Source: an uncultured Clostridia bacterium
GTDB lineage: Bacteria > Acidobacteriota > Blastocatellia > HR10
Direction: 5' to 3'
Assembly (NCBI GenBank): GCA_964615335.1
Contig: CAZTMT010000001.1
Location: forward strand, 68,248-132,247
DNA length: 64,000 nucleotides
Shown here: piece after piece, positions 61,914-64,000 of the stretch
Layout of the letters: each line of letters begins with the position of its first letter
Numbering within the stretch: the stretch's first letter is position 1
The notes under the pieces: model-generated
Databases searched by the model: none
Seen by the model: the letters and a program-made list of their open reading frames with translations, nothing else
Told to the model about the DNA's origin: nothing
Made by a program: the position numbers and the translations under genes

Positions 61914-62810
61914 TCACAGGAGCTTCATCGGCTTGGGATTCTTCGGATCCGTGTAGTCGTAGAATCCGCGGCCTGTCTTTCGCCCATGCCATCCGGCCAG
62001 GACCATCTTTTTCAGTAACGGCGGAGGCGCAAAGCGCGGATCCTTGTATTCCTCGTACATGATGTTGGCGATGTAATAGGTCGTATCGAGGCCCACGAAA
62101 TCCAGGAGCGTGAATGGTCCCATCGGATGATTGCATCCGAGCTTCATCGTCGTATCAATATCCTCGATGGAGCCCACGCCCTCTTCCAGAGCGCGCACGG
62201 CATCAATGAGATAGGGAACCAGGAGCCGATTGGCGATGAACCCCACGCGATCCTTCGCGCGCACGGGCTCCTTGCCCAGACGGCGCGCGAACTCCGTCGC
62301 CTGCGCGACAACCTCTTCCTCGGTGAAGAGCGAGGGGATGACTTCCACGAGTTTCATTAGCGGGACGGGATTGAAGAAATGCAGCCCGAGGAATCGCCGC
62401 TGCCGCTCGGGCGTCAGGACGGTCGCCATCTCCGTGATCGAGATCGAGGACGTATTGCTGGCCAGGATCGTCTCCGATCGGCAGATCCGATCGAGCCGCA
62501 CGAGCAGGTCTTTCTTCGCCGAGATGTCCTCGATGATCGCCTCGATGACGATGTCGCAGTCGGTGTAATCCTCAAGCCGCAGGGTACCCTTCAGCCGAGA
62601 GAGCGCGTGCTCTTTCTGGTCGGCTGAGAGCGTTCCCCGCTCGACGAGTTTCGAGAGCGAGCTGTGAATGCGCTCGAATCCCTTCTGCAGAATCTCCTCC
62701 GAGACATCAGAGACAAGCGTCTCATATCCCGACGTGGCCGCAACCTGGGCGATACCCGAGCCCATGAGGCCGCAGCCGACAACACCTACTTTTTGAATCC
62801 CCATAGTCAT
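61914..62810 (-). CDS. 3-hydroxyacyl(butyryl)-CoA dehydrogenase
   Basis: VGVVGCGLMGSGIA, IEAIIED, ASNTSSISI, GLHFFNPVPLMKLVE, GFIANRL, HPMGPFTLLDFVGLD, GRKTGRGFYDY. Confidence 0.95.
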   Translation of the reverse strand: MTMGIQKVGVVGCGLMGSGIAQVAATSGYETLVSDVSEEILQKGFERIHSSLSKLVERGTLSADQKEHALSRLKGTLRLEDYTDCDIVIEAIIEDISAKKDLLVRLDRICRSETILASNTSSISITEMATVLTPERQRRFLGLHFFNPVPLMKLVEVIPSLFTEEEVVAQATEFARRLGKEPVRAKDRVGFIANRLLVPYLIDAVRALEEGVGSIEDIDTTMKLGCNHPMGPFTLLDFVGLDTTYYIANIMYEEYKDPRFAPPPLLKKMVLAGWHGRKTGRGFYDYTDPKNPKPMKLL

Positions 62811-62886
62811 CTCCTCCTTGGCGCAGAATCACACGAGAAGATCTTGTCGGATTCGCGCGCCCCCGATCGCTTCGGAGCCCGCTCCC

Positions 62887-64000
62887 TCAGCGCCCTCTCA
62901 TGTGCGGGGGGAGCTCAATGGATGGGGGACTTGGCGGACACACGTCCAGACGGTATGCGGTTCCACTGAGCACGCGCAGCCGATACTGCCCGTTAGCGTC
63001 CGTCACGGTGCTCGTCCAGAAAGCCGCATCGGGCGTGTTCGTCAGAGCTTGAGAGAACGCTGTCAGAGAAGCTCCGGCGACCGGTTGACCGCGCTCATCC
63101 GTGATTCGTCCCGAAAGAGTGACCCATCCCGGAAGCGGCGGAGCCGTGAAGTCTTGTACGGCGTCCGTCTCCAGGGAGCGTTCGAGAAAGGGGAAGGGGA
63201 AAATGAAGGAAAAGGAAGGAACCTGCTCCGGCTCCGGGCTCAAGATCGCGTGCAGGACGTAGGTTCCTGCGGGAAGTTTCAGGGCATAAGCTCCTGTTGT
63301 GCTCGAGGGGGGAATGACAGCACTCCCTCCGTTGGGGAGAAGGGGAAAGTCCGCGCTCCCCGGGCATAGAGACGGATCGCCCGAGGGCGAGCTGGCCGGA
63401 TCGACCTTCTGAAAGGCTCCGACTCTAGATGGGACGGCCGGCCTGCCCGTAGCGTCCGTCACTTTCCCGGAAAGCGTCACAGCCAGAGGCAAGACGAAAT
63501 CTCGCATGCCCGAAGCATTCACCGTGATCCTCTCGAGGGTGAAGAATGAGTTGTACGCCATCTCTTCATCATCCCCTTCCCCGACACTTGCCTGGACGGT
63601 ATACGATCCGGGTGGGAGTTTCACCGTGTAGTTTCTATCAAACGGCACCTCAGCCCGCACGCTCCCGTCCGAGGAGAGGAAGCGGAGAGAGCCTTTGGTT
63701 GGAAATCCTCCCGCGCTTGCGATCTGACCGGAGAGGGTGATCAGATCCGGGAGGCGCGGAGGCGATAGATCGAGCGTGCGATTCCCCGAGATCGTGACCA
63801 TCTGCGAGAGGTCCGAAATTACAAGAAGGCTTCCTTCGCTCTCGGAATCCAGATCCAGAATGGAGCGCGTCAGAAAGAGGCGATATGTCCCAGCCGGGAG
63901 GACCAGGCGATAAGTCGCCGTCAAGCCCGAAGCGCTGAAGCCTATCGAGATCGGCCCCCAGAAGAGATGCTCGCCCGATCGGGCGAGAACCGAGCCGCCA
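62887..64000 (-). CDS. Hypothetical protein with repeated carboxypeptidase-regulatory/prealbumin-like beta-sandwich domains (5' end beyond the window)
   Basis: Repeating TLSG[QKR]I/V..D..G.P...G.Y.L.LP.G.Y units. Manual translation shows the frame open from 63924 up to the window edge. Confidence 0.7.
   Translation of the reverse strand, partial: GGSVLARSGEHLFWGPISIGFSASGLTATYRLVLPAGTYRLFLTRSILDLDSESEGSLLVISDLSQMVTISGNRTLDLSPPRLPDLITLSGQIASAGGFPTKGSLRFLSSDGSVRAEVPFDRNYTVKLPPGSYTVQASVGEGDDEEMAYNSFFTLERITVNASGMRDFVLPLAVTLSGKVTDATGRPAVPSRVGAFQKVDPASSPSGDPSLCPGSADFPLLPNGGSAVIPPSSTTGAYALKLPAGTYVLHAILSPEPEQVPSFSFIFPFPFLERSLETDAVQDFTAPPLPGWVTLSGRITDERGQPVAGASLTAFSQALTNTPDAAFWTSTVTDANGQYRLRVLSGTAYRLDVCPPSPPSIELPPHMRGR

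Overview
High-GC bacterial chromosomal window, about 50 CDS, mostly housekeeping: radC, rluD, moaA, rnj, uppP, recG, mutS2-dnaG-rpoD, tlyA, kbl-tdh, PBP1A, nagA, gatB, dnaE. Gene content and style suggest Acidobacteriota (inference only). No rRNA, tRNA or CRISPR array was recognised. Both ends cut genes: an FdhF/YdeP-type molybdoenzyme at the left edge (absent from the ORF track) and a repeat protein at the right edge. Most notable: (1) a ~1144-aa secreted HExxH metalloprotease with PPC and ASH/Ig domains, two tandem cohesins, a dockerin and a further cohesin-like domain, co-transcribed with a BNR beta-propeller protein from a near-consensus sigma70 promoter; (2) an isolated microcompartment pair, a BMC-H shell protein with a 47-aa tail plus an acylating aldehyde dehydrogenase with an encapsulation-peptide-like helix and an extra C-terminal domain; (3) a Cdc48-like ATPase with degenerate pore loops and D2 site; (4) a decayed defence islet at 42.4-44.9 kb with two DNA-methyltransferase remnants still coupled to an intact MNT-HEPN pair, beside a TnpB remnant; (5) an ECF sigma/anti-sigma/Spy/MlaE/MCE/cytochrome c peroxidase cluster. 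All family calls are from motif recognition by eye; no database searches were run, and several start codons are my re-assignments.
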